Of a stretch of DNA of 64,000 nt, positions 37,037 through 47,245 are shown one piece after another. Below the pieces are notes generated by a model. That model was not told where the DNA came from. It did no database searches and saw only the letters and a list, made by a program, of their open reading frames with translations. Position numbers and translations under genes: made by a program. The stretch's first letter is position 1; each line of letters starts with the position of its first letter. This DNA comes from a virus. Taxonomy: Duplodnaviria; Caudoviricetes. Location: IMG/VR virus record IMGVR_UViG_3300037418_001409, positions 5,079 through 69,078 of that record; one strand, written 5' to 3'.

Positions 37037-37626
37037 TACTCAAACCAGGCTAGGAGGGACTGCCAGTAAAGCGTCGTATCCATGAAGGAGGGACGCACGG
37101 GATTCTTCTTTGCATAGGGATGCTTGAGGCGGTGATTCACACCATTCAAAGCAGCCTGTGTGGGCACGCCTTCGATACCCATGTGCTCGATCTCTTGCGA
37201 CGAGATGAATTTCTTCATCATGTTCGTAATCGATGACTCTGCGCCCTTAAATGGGTTGCCAGAGGAACGACCGCCCATCATCAGCGTTTCCAATTCACCG
37301 GCAATTGAATCCTCGAGTGCTTTTGCGATGTCGGGCAGACGCGCAAAGGCGAACGTATCTAGCACACCGTACTTTTCCTCGAGAATTTCTGCAACCTCTC
37401 CCGTCGTCTTTGTGGCGCCGCTACCGGTCGGTTTGACTGGTCGATTCTTCTTTCCCTTCTTAGCTTGTGCGATTTTCTTCGGAGCTTCGTAGGGCTGGTA
37501 TGGTTGATCGATAACGCCGAGATGAAGCGTGATGCGATTTGGTGGCGCCGTCGTCGGGCCGGCATGCGTTGGCGCGTAACTACCTCCGCCATCCGCCATC
37601 GGTGCGCCGAACTCTTTTGCCGCCAT
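37036..37626 (-). CDS. Neck protein (HK97 gp10-like position)
   Basis: RPSFMDTTLY motif; position. Confidence 0.55.
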   Translation of the reverse strand: MAAKEFGAPMADGGGSYAPTHAGPTTAPPNRITLHLGVIDQPYQPYEAPKKIAQAKKGKKNRPVKPTGSGATKTTGEVAEILEEKYGVLDTFAFARLPDIAKALEDSIAGELETLMMGGRSSGNPFKGAESSITNMMKKFISSQEIEHMGIEGVPTQAALNGVNHRLKHPYAKKNPVRPSFMDTTLYWQSLLAWFE

Positions 37627-37634
37627 GATCTACC

Positions 37635-38153
37635 TCAGCTAAGGCCCCAAATGTTTCCAAGTGACTGTTGCATGCTCAGCCATTGACGCCCGTATGGATC
37701 CTTGAGCGCCTGCAACTGATCCAGCGTCAACCCCTTCAAAAATTCCGGCGCCAACAGCGATTCGCTCGTCGCTTGATCTGCCGACGATTGCACCGTCCCG
37801 CCAACGAAACCGGTCAGGTTCCACTTCTGACGAAGAATGGCGAAATACGTATTGTTTGGTTCCGGCAACGCCGGGTTATCCGGGCACCAATTGATCAGGA
37901 ACGAGGTTGCTAGGCAGTAGACCGCGAAACAGTAGTAGTCCTGTCCGATCGCATACAGCACGAGCAGCGTTTTTTCCTCGGCGCAGCTCAGCGCCCATGG
38001 TAGATAGGCGCTATTCGACGGGAGCGCGGCGGTTGGTATGCCCACAACCGTCGTCAGGAATGTGTACAGATCGGCCACATTGGGCGTCGTCTGAGTCTGC
38101 CAGGGGGCGAGCACGCCCATACCCGGCAACGGAGGAAAGCAGGGCGTGCACAT
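37635..38153 (-). CDS. Head-tail adaptor (DUF4054-like)
   Basis: G.VQSSADQATS..L...DPYGRQWL. Confidence 0.65.
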   Translation of the reverse strand: MCTPCFPPLPGMGVLAPWQTQTTPNVADLYTFLTTVVGIPTAALPSNSAYLPWALSCAEEKTLLVLYAIGQDYYCFAVYCLATSFLINWCPDNPALPEPNNTYFAILRQKWNLTGFVGGTVQSSADQATSESLLAPEFLKGLTLDQLQALKDPYGRQWLSMQQSLGNIWGLS

Positions 38154-38156
38154 AGG

Positions 38157-38666
38157 TTAGCTCTTGCGAGGACGACCGCGGCGACGCGGCTCTTGCGCTT
38201 CTTCGCCGACCGAAATGATTTCGTGAATCTGAGGATCGACACCCTTTTGCTCGACTTCCTCGATTTCCACCTCGAAGTTGTTGAGTTTCGTGTCGGTCTC
38301 CTGAGCGGTGCGGCGCATCAGATCGTCGGACGCAACCGCCATTTCTTTGCGTCGCTCAAGTGCCTGCTCGTTAAGAACTTCCTCGTTGTTGAGCATCGTC
38401 GTGTACAGACGATCCAATGGGATCGGCGTGTCGAATTGATAGCACTGGCCGACGAAACCGGGGTGACGATCAATCTCCGATGCAGGGATGAGCCCGTATT
38501 GCTTGTGCTGATCGACGATGCGTTGATGGTCGATCTGATTGCCCTGCGGGTAAATGCTCTTCTGCTTTCCCGGCTCGATATGCTCGATGACAGGCTTGTT
38601 GACGCCCTCGGTCCAGAAATGCAACTGGAAATTGAACTTGCTGAGGTTGGCGATGTAAAGTGCCAT
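38157..38666 (-). CDS. Head-associated hypothetical protein
   Basis: Follows the major capsid gene; C-terminal RRGRPRK. Confidence 0.6.
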   Translation of the reverse strand: MALYIANLSKFNFQLHFWTEGVNKPVIEHIEPGKQKSIYPQGNQIDHQRIVDQHKQYGLIPASEIDRHPGFVGQCYQFDTPIPLDRLYTTMLNNEEVLNEQALERRKEMAVASDDLMRRTAQETDTKLNNFEVEIEEVEQKGVDPQIHEIISVGEEAQEPRRRGRPRKS

Positions 38667-38757
38667 GGTTTTTCCTGTGATGTCCTGTGATGGATGCCCA
38701 CTCCAACCCGCACAGGTACGGGCTTTCGGCTCCGGAGCCTAGGAGTGGGACAAACCT

Positions 38758-39777
38758 TTAATACCCTGCGGAGATCAGCGTGAGGGCTTCGGGACGAACA
38801 CCCCAGCCCGACGTCGAACGCAGTTCCGACACGACATCCACCGCGCCCGCAGGCAACGGAGCCGTGATCTCGGTCGGTGCGGCACGGTCGACGAGCTGCA
38901 TCGTGCAGGCTTGGAGACCGGGCGTGAGTTCGGCGAACTCGTTGGTGTTGATGCGGCCACCCTTAGGCTTCTTCACTTCCGGCATCGAAATGATGATGAG
39001 GTCCGTACCACCCGCGCCTTTACCGATAAGCGTGTCATCCGCACCCCACGTGATTTCGTCATCGTTGCGCGCGAGCACATCGTCGACAAGACCCTGGGTC
39101 GTTTCCGAGCCAGCACCCGTGCGTTGGAACTGCGTGAGTTGCACGATGCCCGGATACGAGATCTGCTCGAGGATTTCCTGTGTGGTCGTCACCGAGAAGC
39201 GGACGCCGACGCCGATTTGCATCGTGCGGCGTTTGATGTTGCCCATCTGCTGGAGCAGGAAGAACGCCAACTGACCGTTGTCGTACGTCGAGACGGTCGT
39301 ATTGCCGTTCGAATCGGCCGGCAGGTTGATAGCCGTCGCGCCGTTCGTGTTGGCAAGGCCTTCGCCGTTCGCAGGATAGGCGCCATACAGGAGCAGGTTC
39401 CGCTGTTGCTGGAACGTTGCCTGACGCATGGCCAGACGATGCGCTTCGACAGCCGATGCACCAACACGACCGAGAGCCGCCGTGTCGTGGTGATCATATT
39501 CGGCGCGCGAACGGATCATGTACGTCGGCGTACTGAATTCGCTGTACACGACCGTGCAACTCGGGATAGCGTTCGAAACGAATTGGCCCGTGTTGACTTG
39601 CGTGCGCACTTCCATGCGCTTGCCGTAGACAGCCAAATCGTTTTCGCCCAAACGAACGAGCGGATCGCCCGTTGCAATGAGATCGAAGGCGCCGGACGCC
39701 TGCTGATACTGAAGGAGCAGTTCGGGGATCAGATAATGCGGGCTGACCCGAATCTGTGCGGGTACGAGATTCGCCAT
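38758..39777 (-). CDS. Major capsid protein (DUF2184-like, HK97 fold)
   Basis: 339 aa; GEGLAN, RSTSGWGVRPEA; position. Confidence 0.75.
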   Translation of the reverse strand: MANLVPAQIRVSPHYLIPELLLQYQQASGAFDLIATGDPLVRLGENDLAVYGKRMEVRTQVNTGQFVSNAIPSCTVVYSEFSTPTYMIRSRAEYDHHDTAALGRVGASAVEAHRLAMRQATFQQQRNLLLYGAYPANGEGLANTNGATAINLPADSNGNTTVSTYDNGQLAFFLLQQMGNIKRRTMQIGVGVRFSVTTTQEILEQISYPGIVQLTQFQRTGAGSETTQGLVDDVLARNDDEITWGADDTLIGKGAGGTDLIIISMPEVKKPKGGRINTNEFAELTPGLQACTMQLVDRAAPTEITAPLPAGAVDVVSELRSTSGWGVRPEALTLISAGY

Positions 39778-39786
39778 GTTTTGACC

Positions 39787-40671
39787 TCAGATTTGGATGA
39801 GAGCGGTATAGCCCTGGCGATTCCAGGTAGCCGCACCAGTGGTGGGGTTGTAGATGACGGTCATGCTGTTGCCGGCATCGATGTCGATGATCTTCACAGG
39901 CAGCGCGCCCGTGCCGTAATTCAGCACGATCGTGCCCGTCAGAGCGCCGGTAGCGATCGCACCCGAAGCTGCAGTGATCTGAATCGAGAAGTGCTGGTTA
40001 TCCGTGAAGGCCGAGACGATCTGATTGCCATTCACCAGCGCTGCACCCGTGCCGGTCACGCCACTGATGTTGATGCGGTCACCGACAGCCGCGACAGGAG
40101 AAGCGGCAGCCATGACGATCGCAATCGTGTAGACGCCGTTCGCATAGCTCGACGTTGCCGACGTCACCGAATAGGTAGCCGTCGAGGCGTCATACGGTTG
40201 CAGGACTTGGTTGTTGAAGTCCCACGACACTTGCTGCGTGATAAGACCACCATCGAGCGAGACGAGCGAAGGATCCATCGCGACGGGGATTTCGATGCCC
40301 GAACCCATGCGGAAGAACGGGATCGTCATGCCGGTTGCGCCAGCCATCGGTACCGGGCTTTGCGGCGAACCAGGCCACGCATAGGCGTTGTTGAACACCG
40401 AGAAGCCCGTGATGTTCGTCACAGCCGTTGCGGCGACGATCGTGCCGCCTTGCGTGCGGTCATAGCCGGTAGCCGGGGCGATGCTTTCCGAGATCGCCAT
40501 GCCGCCCCAGATCGGGCCAGTGGCGCTCGCGGAAAGCGTGCCGGTCATGAGGGAATACCGGAGAGCCGGGGCGTCTTGGTAGACACCCTGGACATAGCCA
40601 GCGCTTTGTACCGCAAACGAGCCCGAGGCATTCGTCGTCTGGTACGGATAGAAGGGGGTGTTGATTGCCAT
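39787..40671 (-). CDS. Capsid cement/decoration protein with an inserted beta-rich domain
   Basis: Between the protease and capsid genes; PFFRMGSGIEIPV. Confidence 0.65.
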   Translation of the reverse strand: MAINTPFYPYQTTNASGSFAVQSAGYVQGVYQDAPALRYSLMTGTLSASATGPIWGGMAISESIAPATGYDRTQGGTIVAATAVTNITGFSVFNNAYAWPGSPQSPVPMAGATGMTIPFFRMGSGIEIPVAMDPSLVSLDGGLITQQVSWDFNNQVLQPYDASTATYSVTSATSSYANGVYTIAIVMAAASPVAAVGDRINISGVTGTGAALVNGNQIVSAFTDNQHFSIQITAASGAIATGALTGTIVLNYGTGALPVKIIDIDAGNSMTVIYNPTTGAATWNRQGYTALIQI

Positions 40672-40690
40672 GTTTCCTTATCCAGAAATG

Positions 40691-40716
40691 AAAAAGCCCG
40701 CGCTGTGGCGGGCTTT
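40691..40716 (-). terminator. Rho-independent terminator
   Basis: AAAGCCCGC/GCGGGCTTT stem with a U-run. Confidence 0.7.
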
Positions 40717-40735
40717 GCTTTGGCGACGAATACGC

Positions 40736-42658
40736 TTAGTGGGAGTTGCTTGCGACTTTTTGAAGCTCGGACTTCTTGCTCATGATGCGGGGAGTCCGGA
40801 AGCTGTCCATCCACGACGGACGGCTATCGAAGAACTCCGTGATCGTATGACCGGTCGAGAGTTGACGGGTGCGAGCGATTTCACCGCGGCCGGCGCTGTC
40901 GGCAGGACGCAGGGACGCCGATTGAGCGTCGGCGTAGATTGCCGCTTCTGCGATCGCGAAGACCGATGCGTCGAGCGCGCCCAGATCGACATCCTTCCAT
41001 GCGGCGCTGTGCGACTTCATCGGGGCAGCGAGACGCTTTTTATACGCCAAGACATCTTCGCCGTTAAGCGCGCGCGGGGCCTGCTTGCCGAATGCGCTAT
41101 ACACGCTGTCGGCCTTCGCTTGGGCATCCGCGAACGCTGTATGATCGGCATCCGTGAGGGGTTTTGGCGTCAGCTGCGCCGTCTGCACGAGCATCTTTTC
41201 GAGGGTCGCGAGACGCTCGAGCAACGCGCTTTCACGCTTCGCGGCATCGGCCTTGGCTTCTTCTTCCTTGGCTTCGGCTTTCAGCTTGGCGGCCTCGGCT
41301 TCCTTCTTCTTGGCCTCTTCGTCTTCGGCATCGGCTTTGCGGTCAGCCACCGGCAATTCTTGCGCCGGCATCGCATCGGCCTTCTTGCTTTCCATCGAGT
41401 CCATGCGCTTCATGAGCGAATCGCACATGCTCATGAGTTTGTCGTACTTCTCGGCGTCGGCCTTCGCTTTCGCTTCTTCAGCGTCAGCTTTAGCCTTTTC
41501 CTCGGCGTCTGCCTTGGCGCGCGCTTCGAGTTCTTCCTTCTCTTTCGCCTCGGCGTCCGCCTTGGCCTTACGCTCTTCTTCGGTCATTTCAGGTTCCTGA
41601 ACGTTAGTGGTGGATACGCCAGATGGCGGGCCGCCCTTGTCCCACACGCCAGCCTCGCAGATAGCGATGTGGTCGAGCAGGTTCGGTTTTCCCTCGATCA
41701 AAAGATCCTGGCCACCGTCGAGGGTCGCGGTGGTATTCGTGATGCTGGGGCTGCGAAAGACGACGTTAGGCGAAGTCGACAACTGCTCTTGCGACATGAG
41801 CGTCGCAGCAGTTTTGTCGTAAATGCGCGCGATCGCCCAGACTTCATCGCCTTTGATATAGGGCAAGAGCACCGTGCCGACGATGCGCTTCTTGAACTCT
41901 TCCGAGTCCAGGTTGCATTTCTCGGGGTGCTCGATGATGACGGGCAGTCCGTTGCAGCGCGCGAGGAATTCGTCGTTGAGATATTCCTCAGGCGGCCGAT
42001 AGACGTATTCCTCGTCCTTGGATCGATACGACGATCCAGTCCCCGTGATCCGAATATCGAACAGCCACATGTTCGTAAAGAACTGCGGCGAAGAGAATTC
42101 GCCGGCCACCATCGCTCGAGCGACGTCCGTCTCGGTCATGTGCGCCTTGCGGATGACCTTGAACGCATCGGACTCTAGAACGAATCGGCAACCGGGATGC
42201 AGGGGCTCTGGCCATGAGCCGATCGGAGACCAGAGATACTCCGTGCTTTCATCGCTCAGTTTGACTTCGAACGGACGGCACTCATGATAGAAGGTCGTGA
42301 ATTCGACTGCGCCATCGTTCGTCGTTCCGAGTTCGATCAACTTTTCGGGCTCGTATCCAGCTTCCTCGAATGTCTCGCGGCGAGCGGCTTGCTCCGGAGT
42401 TTCATCGGATTCTACGTGTCCACCCGGGAATGCCCATTCGCCAGGATGATCGCCACCATTGCCGCGGCGCAGGAACAGAACATTCCCATCGGCGACGATC
42501 AACGCACCGGCGGCCTTAACGAGGTCGGAGTCCGATTTGCTCTTGCCCGCCTCCTTCATCGCGATAGCGATGCTTTGGTCCTCCGGATGCCCTGCGGCGC
42601 GGAGCTCGGCGATATTGTGTCCGACAACCTCGTTGGACGAACCTTTTTCTAATGGCAT
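40736..42658 (-). CDS. NUDIX hydrolase - DUF2213 prohead protease - scaffold fusion
   Basis: Nudix box [23 protein letters not shown]; [15 protein letters not shown] and [12 protein letters not shown]; EAK-rich coiled coil. Confidence 0.85.
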   Translation of the reverse strand: MPLEKGSSNEVVGHNIAELRAAGHPEDQSIAIAMKEAGKSKSDSDLVKAAGALIVADGNVLFLRRGNGGDHPGEWAFPGGHVESDETPEQAARRETFEEAGYEPEKLIELGTTNDGAVEFTTFYHECRPFEVKLSDESTEYLWSPIGSWPEPLHPGCRFVLESDAFKVIRKAHMTETDVARAMVAGEFSSPQFFTNMWLFDIRITGTGSSYRSKDEEYVYRPPEEYLNDEFLARCNGLPVIIEHPEKCNLDSEEFKKRIVGTVLLPYIKGDEVWAIARIYDKTAATLMSQEQLSTSPNVVFRSPSITNTTATLDGGQDLLIEGKPNLLDHIAICEAGVWDKGGPPSGVSTTNVQEPEMTEEERKAKADAEAKEKEELEARAKADAEEKAKADAEEAKAKADAEKYDKLMSMCDSLMKRMDSMESKKADAMPAQELPVADRKADAEDEEAKKKEAEAAKLKAEAKEEEAKADAAKRESALLERLATLEKMLVQTAQLTPKPLTDADHTAFADAQAKADSVYSAFGKQAPRALNGEDVLAYKKRLAAPMKSHSAAWKDVDLGALDASVFAIAEAAIYADAQSASLRPADSAGRGEIARTRQLSTGHTITEFFDSRPSWMDSFRTPRIMSKKSELQKVASNSH

Positions 42659-42659
42659 T

Positions 42660-43490
42660 TCATGCTCTCATTGCCGCGATCTTCGCGCGCGCCGCAGCAA
42701 GTTCATCCTTGCCTTTCTGGGTAATCATGTCGTCGGGGAGGTATCGAAGACCGTAAATCCACTCGGCCCAGCATGAGCAAAAGACTTCCTCGCCAACCTT
42801 CGTGATGTCGTCGTAGTACCCGGCAGGGCCTGGCTTGATGAGACCTTTCTCTTTCGCCCAGCTCGAGCGAAGAAGGTAGATGTTCCCCTCGCGTTCCTTA
42901 TGGTCGGGCCGGTTGTGATACCCGGCAGAATGCCGTATGTGCCATTGCATCGCGATGGCACCGCCATCAACCGCAATGATCTCGTTCAATGCCGAGGTGA
43001 ATTTCGCCGATTGGTCGATAACACATCGCCGCTCTTCGAACGGAAGCGACGTCAGGGCCTTGCGGATGTGCTCTTTGGTCTGCTTGACCTCGACTGCTTT
43101 GGATCCGCCGGCGGGAATGCTCGATGCCCACCCAACCATGCGCTGAATCGCCTTCTCGACTGCCTGCTCACGATTAAGCTTGATGAGGCTGCGCGATACC
43201 ATCAGGCGCCGATCCAACTCGGCCCGAAGCTTTGGCTTCAGACGTTCGATCGTGAATTTTCCGACGCCATTGTGCGTTTTCAGGATTTGGCCGTCGTCGA
43301 TCAGACGTTTATAGATGCCGCCTAGCGAGCGCTGCAATTCCTCGTTGAGAACCGATTCGGGCGTGAACGTTTCCTGCGCGGCTCGACGGATTCGTTCAAT
43401 CCACTGTTGCAAGACTTCTGCACTGGTGAATCCGTGCTCTTCAAAATACCGAACGGCCTCCGTCACGACCTTGTAGAAGGAATCGGCCAT
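42660..43490 (-). CDS. Head morphogenesis protein (SPP1 gp7/Mu F-like)
   Basis: DQSAK...WH..H...NRPDHKER...FCSC. Confidence 0.75.
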   Translation of the reverse strand: MADSFYKVVTEAVRYFEEHGFTSAEVLQQWIERIRRAAQETFTPESVLNEELQRSLGGIYKRLIDDGQILKTHNGVGKFTIERLKPKLRAELDRRLMVSRSLIKLNREQAVEKAIQRMVGWASSIPAGGSKAVEVKQTKEHIRKALTSLPFEERRCVIDQSAKFTSALNEIIAVDGGAIAMQWHIRHSAGYHNRPDHKEREGNIYLLRSSWAKEKGLIKPGPAGYYDDITKVGEEVFCSCWAEWIYGLRYLPDDMITQKGKDELAAARAKIAAMRA

Positions 43491-44911
43491 CAGACATGGG
43501 AGTTAAAGGGTTCGGGCTCTTTCGGCTCAGCCATGGGCTGGGGCGGTTCATAGTTCGCCAACTCGTCGTAATCCAGCACGAGGGGGCTAGTGATGAGATG
43601 CTTCGAGGCGTTGAGGTTATTGGCCGCCCATTCAATGATCCGGGCTTTGTTCTTCGGGTCGGATTGAGGCATCAGCACTTCCACGAATGCAACGATCGCC
43701 TCGTGTTTGACCTTCTCCACCTCTACGAGCTTTGACTCGGGTTCAACCAGCAGCGACGGCCACTCAGCAGCGAAAGCGTTCTTCCAGAGGTAGAAGGCCT
43801 CTTTGTAGGACATCTTCTTGTACTCTGGAATGTCCGCCTGCAGCGTCGCGAAGAATTCCTCGGTCCACGCCAGTCGCTGAACGATCGGATCGAAGAAGTC
43901 ATAAAGTGGCTTCATCGTCATGCGCTCGTTGTCGATATAACGCACAACTTCTTTCGCATCCTCGGTGCCTTCTCCGAATCCCTCAGCGTACGACTCGGAG
44001 TTGAGCAGCTTGGCGGGTTGAGGGACTGCCGCGGCGATGTTCTCGAGGATATTCTTGCGAGCCGTCGTGATAGCACCGTCGGCGTTCATCAGATTCAACG
44101 TCTCGATCGCCTCATCGGGGGCGATGTTGATGACATTGTTGGTCTGCGCTTCCTTGACGACGTTTCGCTTGATGCCGGAAAGAACAGCCATCGCTCGATC
44201 AGCGATAGAGCCGGCCGGCTTCATCTTCGCGACGAGAACGCCGACCTTGCGCGAAATCATGTCGTCCGCGACCATCGTCTGGACGAACGACTTCAGCGGG
44301 TAGAGCGCACGCTGATACACGCTTCGGCCCGTGTAACCGTAGGCCGAACTCGTGTACTGGATGTAGATCGGGTCTTCGTTGAAGCAGACGATGCAGCGCG
44401 ACGGGTGATACTTCTGACCGGCGGCCGTAACGATCGTGGGCTTCTGAAAGTCAGGCGAATTCGGATCTTGGTTGAGAACCAACGATCCAGCGGTGTTCAA
44501 AGGGTCAAGCGCATTGAAGTATAGATCCACCTCGACCTTCGAAAGCTTCTCCAGATCGATCGGCGACTCTGTATCCATGTCCTTCGCGCCCATGACGAGA
44601 GCGGAAGCGCCATAGATTTTTCGAAGGCGAGAAACGTTGGCGATCTTCGAGTTGACATTCAACTCGTCCCACTTACTCTGAAACGCCTCGACGATTCGAT
44701 CCTCGGCGATCACCGGAACCGTGAGCTTGCGCAGCTGGCTCATCGCGATCTTGATCGGCTGATCGACGATCTTCCCACCCAACGGGTGTGCAACGTAGAT
44801 CAGCTTGCAAAGCTCGTAACTCGGCTGGTCTCCGGGCGTTATATCCTCGGCCATCAGCAAGTTGTAGAGCGCCGAACCCACGTTCGAACCGCTGATGGTT
44901 ATTTCTGCCAT
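43490..44911 (-). CDS. Portal protein (DUF1073-like)
   Basis: 473 aa after TerL; HPSRCIV, GRSVYQRA. Confidence 0.8.
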   Translation of the reverse strand: MAEITISGSNVGSALYNLLMAEDITPGDQPSYELCKLIYVAHPLGGKIVDQPIKIAMSQLRKLTVPVIAEDRIVEAFQSKWDELNVNSKIANVSRLRKIYGASALVMGAKDMDTESPIDLEKLSKVEVDLYFNALDPLNTAGSLVLNQDPNSPDFQKPTIVTAAGQKYHPSRCIVCFNEDPIYIQYTSSAYGYTGRSVYQRALYPLKSFVQTMVADDMISRKVGVLVAKMKPAGSIADRAMAVLSGIKRNVVKEAQTNNVINIAPDEAIETLNLMNADGAITTARKNILENIAAAVPQPAKLLNSESYAEGFGEGTEDAKEVVRYIDNERMTMKPLYDFFDPIVQRLAWTEEFFATLQADIPEYKKMSYKEAFYLWKNAFAAEWPSLLVEPESKLVEVEKVKHEAIVAFVEVLMPQSDPKNKARIIEWAANNLNASKHLITSPLVLDYDELANYEPPQPMAEPKEPEPFNSHV

Positions 44912-44921
44912 GGAGTGTTTG

Positions 44922-46466
44922 TTACAACCCGTCGCTGTCGCCGAGTCCGATTGCTATGCCGTAGACGCCTGTGTCGTACAGGTCATCTGATTGGTTTGGA
45001 ATACCGAGTCGATATCCGAAGAATTGGCTCAGAAAATGGTTTTGAGCGCGGCCCTTGTATTCGACGATCTTGTTGTAGGCGTGCTCGCAAATCTTGACAT
45101 CGCCGTGATGCACGAAGTCGGAGACGCCGGTTCCTCGAGCGTCTTTGCTCATTGACGTCAACTTGCTATCGATTGCCTGCGCGGGCCAACCGTTTCGAGT
45201 CGCGCGCTGCAAGAGCGTGATGCCGCTGCCTTTGTCCTCGACGAATGAACCAATGCCACCCAATCGAGCACCAGTCGTTTGCGCGAGCTCGCCGATACGC
45301 TGCATGACGGACGGGAACCACTCCGCGATCAAATCAGACTCAATCTGTGTGATGTCCCAATCGAGAATGAGCAGCTTGTGGCCGTGGAATCGGTTGCGCG
45401 CGAAATACGTGACTGCCGTACCGTCGTTCTTGTCACCGGCCTTGAGCGCCGAATCGAGCACCGCAAAAACGTAATCACACTGTTTCGGCATCGGAACTGG
45501 CTGGCCATCGACCAACATGTTCTCGACTTTGAACAGCGTGCCTTCCATCGGTCGCGGCAACTGCTGATAGAGCGACGCCCATGTGCGGACGTTGCTTTGA
45601 AACTGAGCCCAGTGCTTTTCAGTGAACCATTGCGGCCATAGGTACTCGCCGATCTTGCGCCCGAGCGGGTCGTTTTGAACCTCGCAGCGAGCTTGCAGGC
45701 AAACGACTTCCCAGACGTTTCCATCGCGACAAAGAATGGGTCCCGACTCGCCTTTCCAGTCTTCAGGGAGAATACGACCGGCTAGATCGTCTTCATGCCA
45801 ACGCGTTTGGATGAGTACGACCCAGCCGCCAGGAATCAGACGGGTTTTCAGATCGTCGTTGTACGCGTCCCACGTTTTGTCGCGGATCGTGGGTGAATCG
45901 GCTTGCTCGCGACCCTTCACCGGATCATCAATGATGATGCCGTTGGCACGATTGCCAGTCACCCCGCCGAGAATCCCGGTCGCGATGTACTCGCTTCCGT
46001 TCGTCAAAGAGAATTCCTGTGCGGCGGCTGATTCTGCGGTCAGTTCGCAGCCGTAGATTCCCTTGAACCGCTTCTGCTTGATGATTGATCGCGTACGGCG
46101 CCCCATCTTGCGGGCCAAGTCGTCGCCGTAGCTGGCGAGAATGACCTTGCGATTCTTTTCCGCTCCAAGATAGCGAGACGGGAAAACCACCGACGCATAC
46201 GTACTCTTCGCACTGCCAGGCGGCATGAAAAACATTGCCCGCCCATGCGGCGTCTTACTGATCCGCTCCATCGTCTCGAGAATCAGGCGGTGGTGCTGCG
46301 CCATTGTTGTTTCGATGGGCTCGAAGAACTCGGTATCTGGATCCTCGCTCGCTGGCTTTCCGGGAATCTCAATCGCGTTGGCGTAGTCGAGAACGTTCTC
46401 CCTGGCTTTGCGCCTAATCAGCAGCTCGCGCGCTGCCTGTTGCGGCGATGGCAGCGAGTTGTTCAT
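44922..46466 (-). CDS. terL: Terminase large subunit
   Basis: MPPGSAKST Walker A, IIIDDPVK Walker B, QTRWHEDDLAG, DSALKAG nuclease motif. Confidence 0.92.
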   Translation of the reverse strand: MNNSLPSPQQAARELLIRRKARENVLDYANAIEIPGKPASEDPDTEFFEPIETTMAQHHRLILETMERISKTPHGRAMFFMPPGSAKSTYASVVFPSRYLGAEKNRKVILASYGDDLARKMGRRTRSIIKQKRFKGIYGCELTAESAAAQEFSLTNGSEYIATGILGGVTGNRANGIIIDDPVKGREQADSPTIRDKTWDAYNDDLKTRLIPGGWVVLIQTRWHEDDLAGRILPEDWKGESGPILCRDGNVWEVVCLQARCEVQNDPLGRKIGEYLWPQWFTEKHWAQFQSNVRTWASLYQQLPRPMEGTLFKVENMLVDGQPVPMPKQCDYVFAVLDSALKAGDKNDGTAVTYFARNRFHGHKLLILDWDITQIESDLIAEWFPSVMQRIGELAQTTGARLGGIGSFVEDKGSGITLLQRATRNGWPAQAIDSKLTSMSKDARGTGVSDFVHHGDVKICEHAYNKIVEYKGRAQNHFLSQFFGYRLGIPNQSDDLYDTGVYGIAIGLGDSDGL

Positions 46467-46896
46467 CGGTCATTTCTTGTGGATTCGTCGGAATCAGTGG
46501 GGCGCCATCCTTACCGGTCATTTCTCGACGGTTGGTAAATGCGCCGCCCGATTCCTTCGCGGCCTGTTCAATGAGTTGAGCGGCGAGCGCCATGTTTCCG
46601 TGGCTTTGGACGCGCTCATACATTCGGTTGAGCGCTCGAAGCCGAAACGCCTGATTGGCAATAGGGATGGTCGAAACGTCGTCAAGAAACTTCTTGCGCG
46701 TCTCGTAGAAAATCGTGCGCCACTTCTCGCTGAGATCCTGGGCGACGCGGCGCTCTGGGTGATACAGGGAGACTTGCTGCTTCGTCACGTCGATGCCAAA
46801 TTCCTCCTTCACCTGACGACAAACTTCAGTGGGGGAATCAAAGCAGGCAAGTGCGCGCACGATGAACGCCTTAACGTCATCTTTAAGTGCTGCCAT
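46414..46896 (-). CDS. terS: Terminase small subunit (DUF2280-like)
   Basis: FIVRALACFDSPTEV...EQAAKESGG...REMTGKDGAP. Confidence 0.8.
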   Translation of the reverse strand: MAALKDDVKAFIVRALACFDSPTEVCRQVKEEFGIDVTKQQVSLYHPERRVAQDLSEKWRTIFYETRKKFLDDVSTIPIANQAFRLRALNRMYERVQSHGNMALAAQLIEQAAKESGGAFTNRREMTGKDGAPLIPTNPQEMTDEQLAAIAATGSARAAD

Positions 46897-46941
46897 ATTG
46901 TGAAATTGGGTAAAGGTATCGTAAAGGTATTAAGCGCCGCG

Positions 46942-47226
46942 TTACTGGGGTAGCGGAAAGTCTTCAAATCTGCCGCTGCTCAACGCGACAAAGCGTTTCT
47001 TCCGGTGAAACACATCCAGCTCGCTTCTCGTCAGTGCGACCGTCGAGTACCAGCAATCGGTCTCATGATCGTAGGCTGAGGGGTAGAACTTGCCGCCCAT
47101 AATGAATCCGTGGAGGCGGCCGTCGAGAGTAGGGCCGCACACTCTGAACGTGTAGCACTGATGCGCCTCGGTCATTCCGAAATTATTAAGCTCCGTGGCG
47201 CGATCTCCCCGATCTTGCGTATCCAT
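46942..47226 (-). CDS. Hypothetical protein
   Basis: ORF fills the gap between the metallopeptidase and terS. Confidence 0.45.
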   Translation of the reverse strand: MDTQDRGDRATELNNFGMTEAHQCYTFRVCGPTLDGRLHGFIMGGKFYPSAYDHETDCWYSTVALTRSELDVFHRKKRFVALSSGRFEDFPLPQ

Positions 47227-47245
47227 GCTGGTCCCCTTTGATCAG

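Noticed and set aside
38911-42178. Long + strand ORFs (38911-40785, 40658-42178) and similar ones such as 5128-6258 and 13528-14058
   Set aside because: These are antisense shadows of well-supported genes in GC-rich sequence, with no motifs or RBS.
43490-44911. Anti-CBASS function for the DUF1073-like protein
   Set aside because: Size and position between TerL and head morphogenesis indicate a portal. I saw no phosphoesterase HxT motifs or extra domain.
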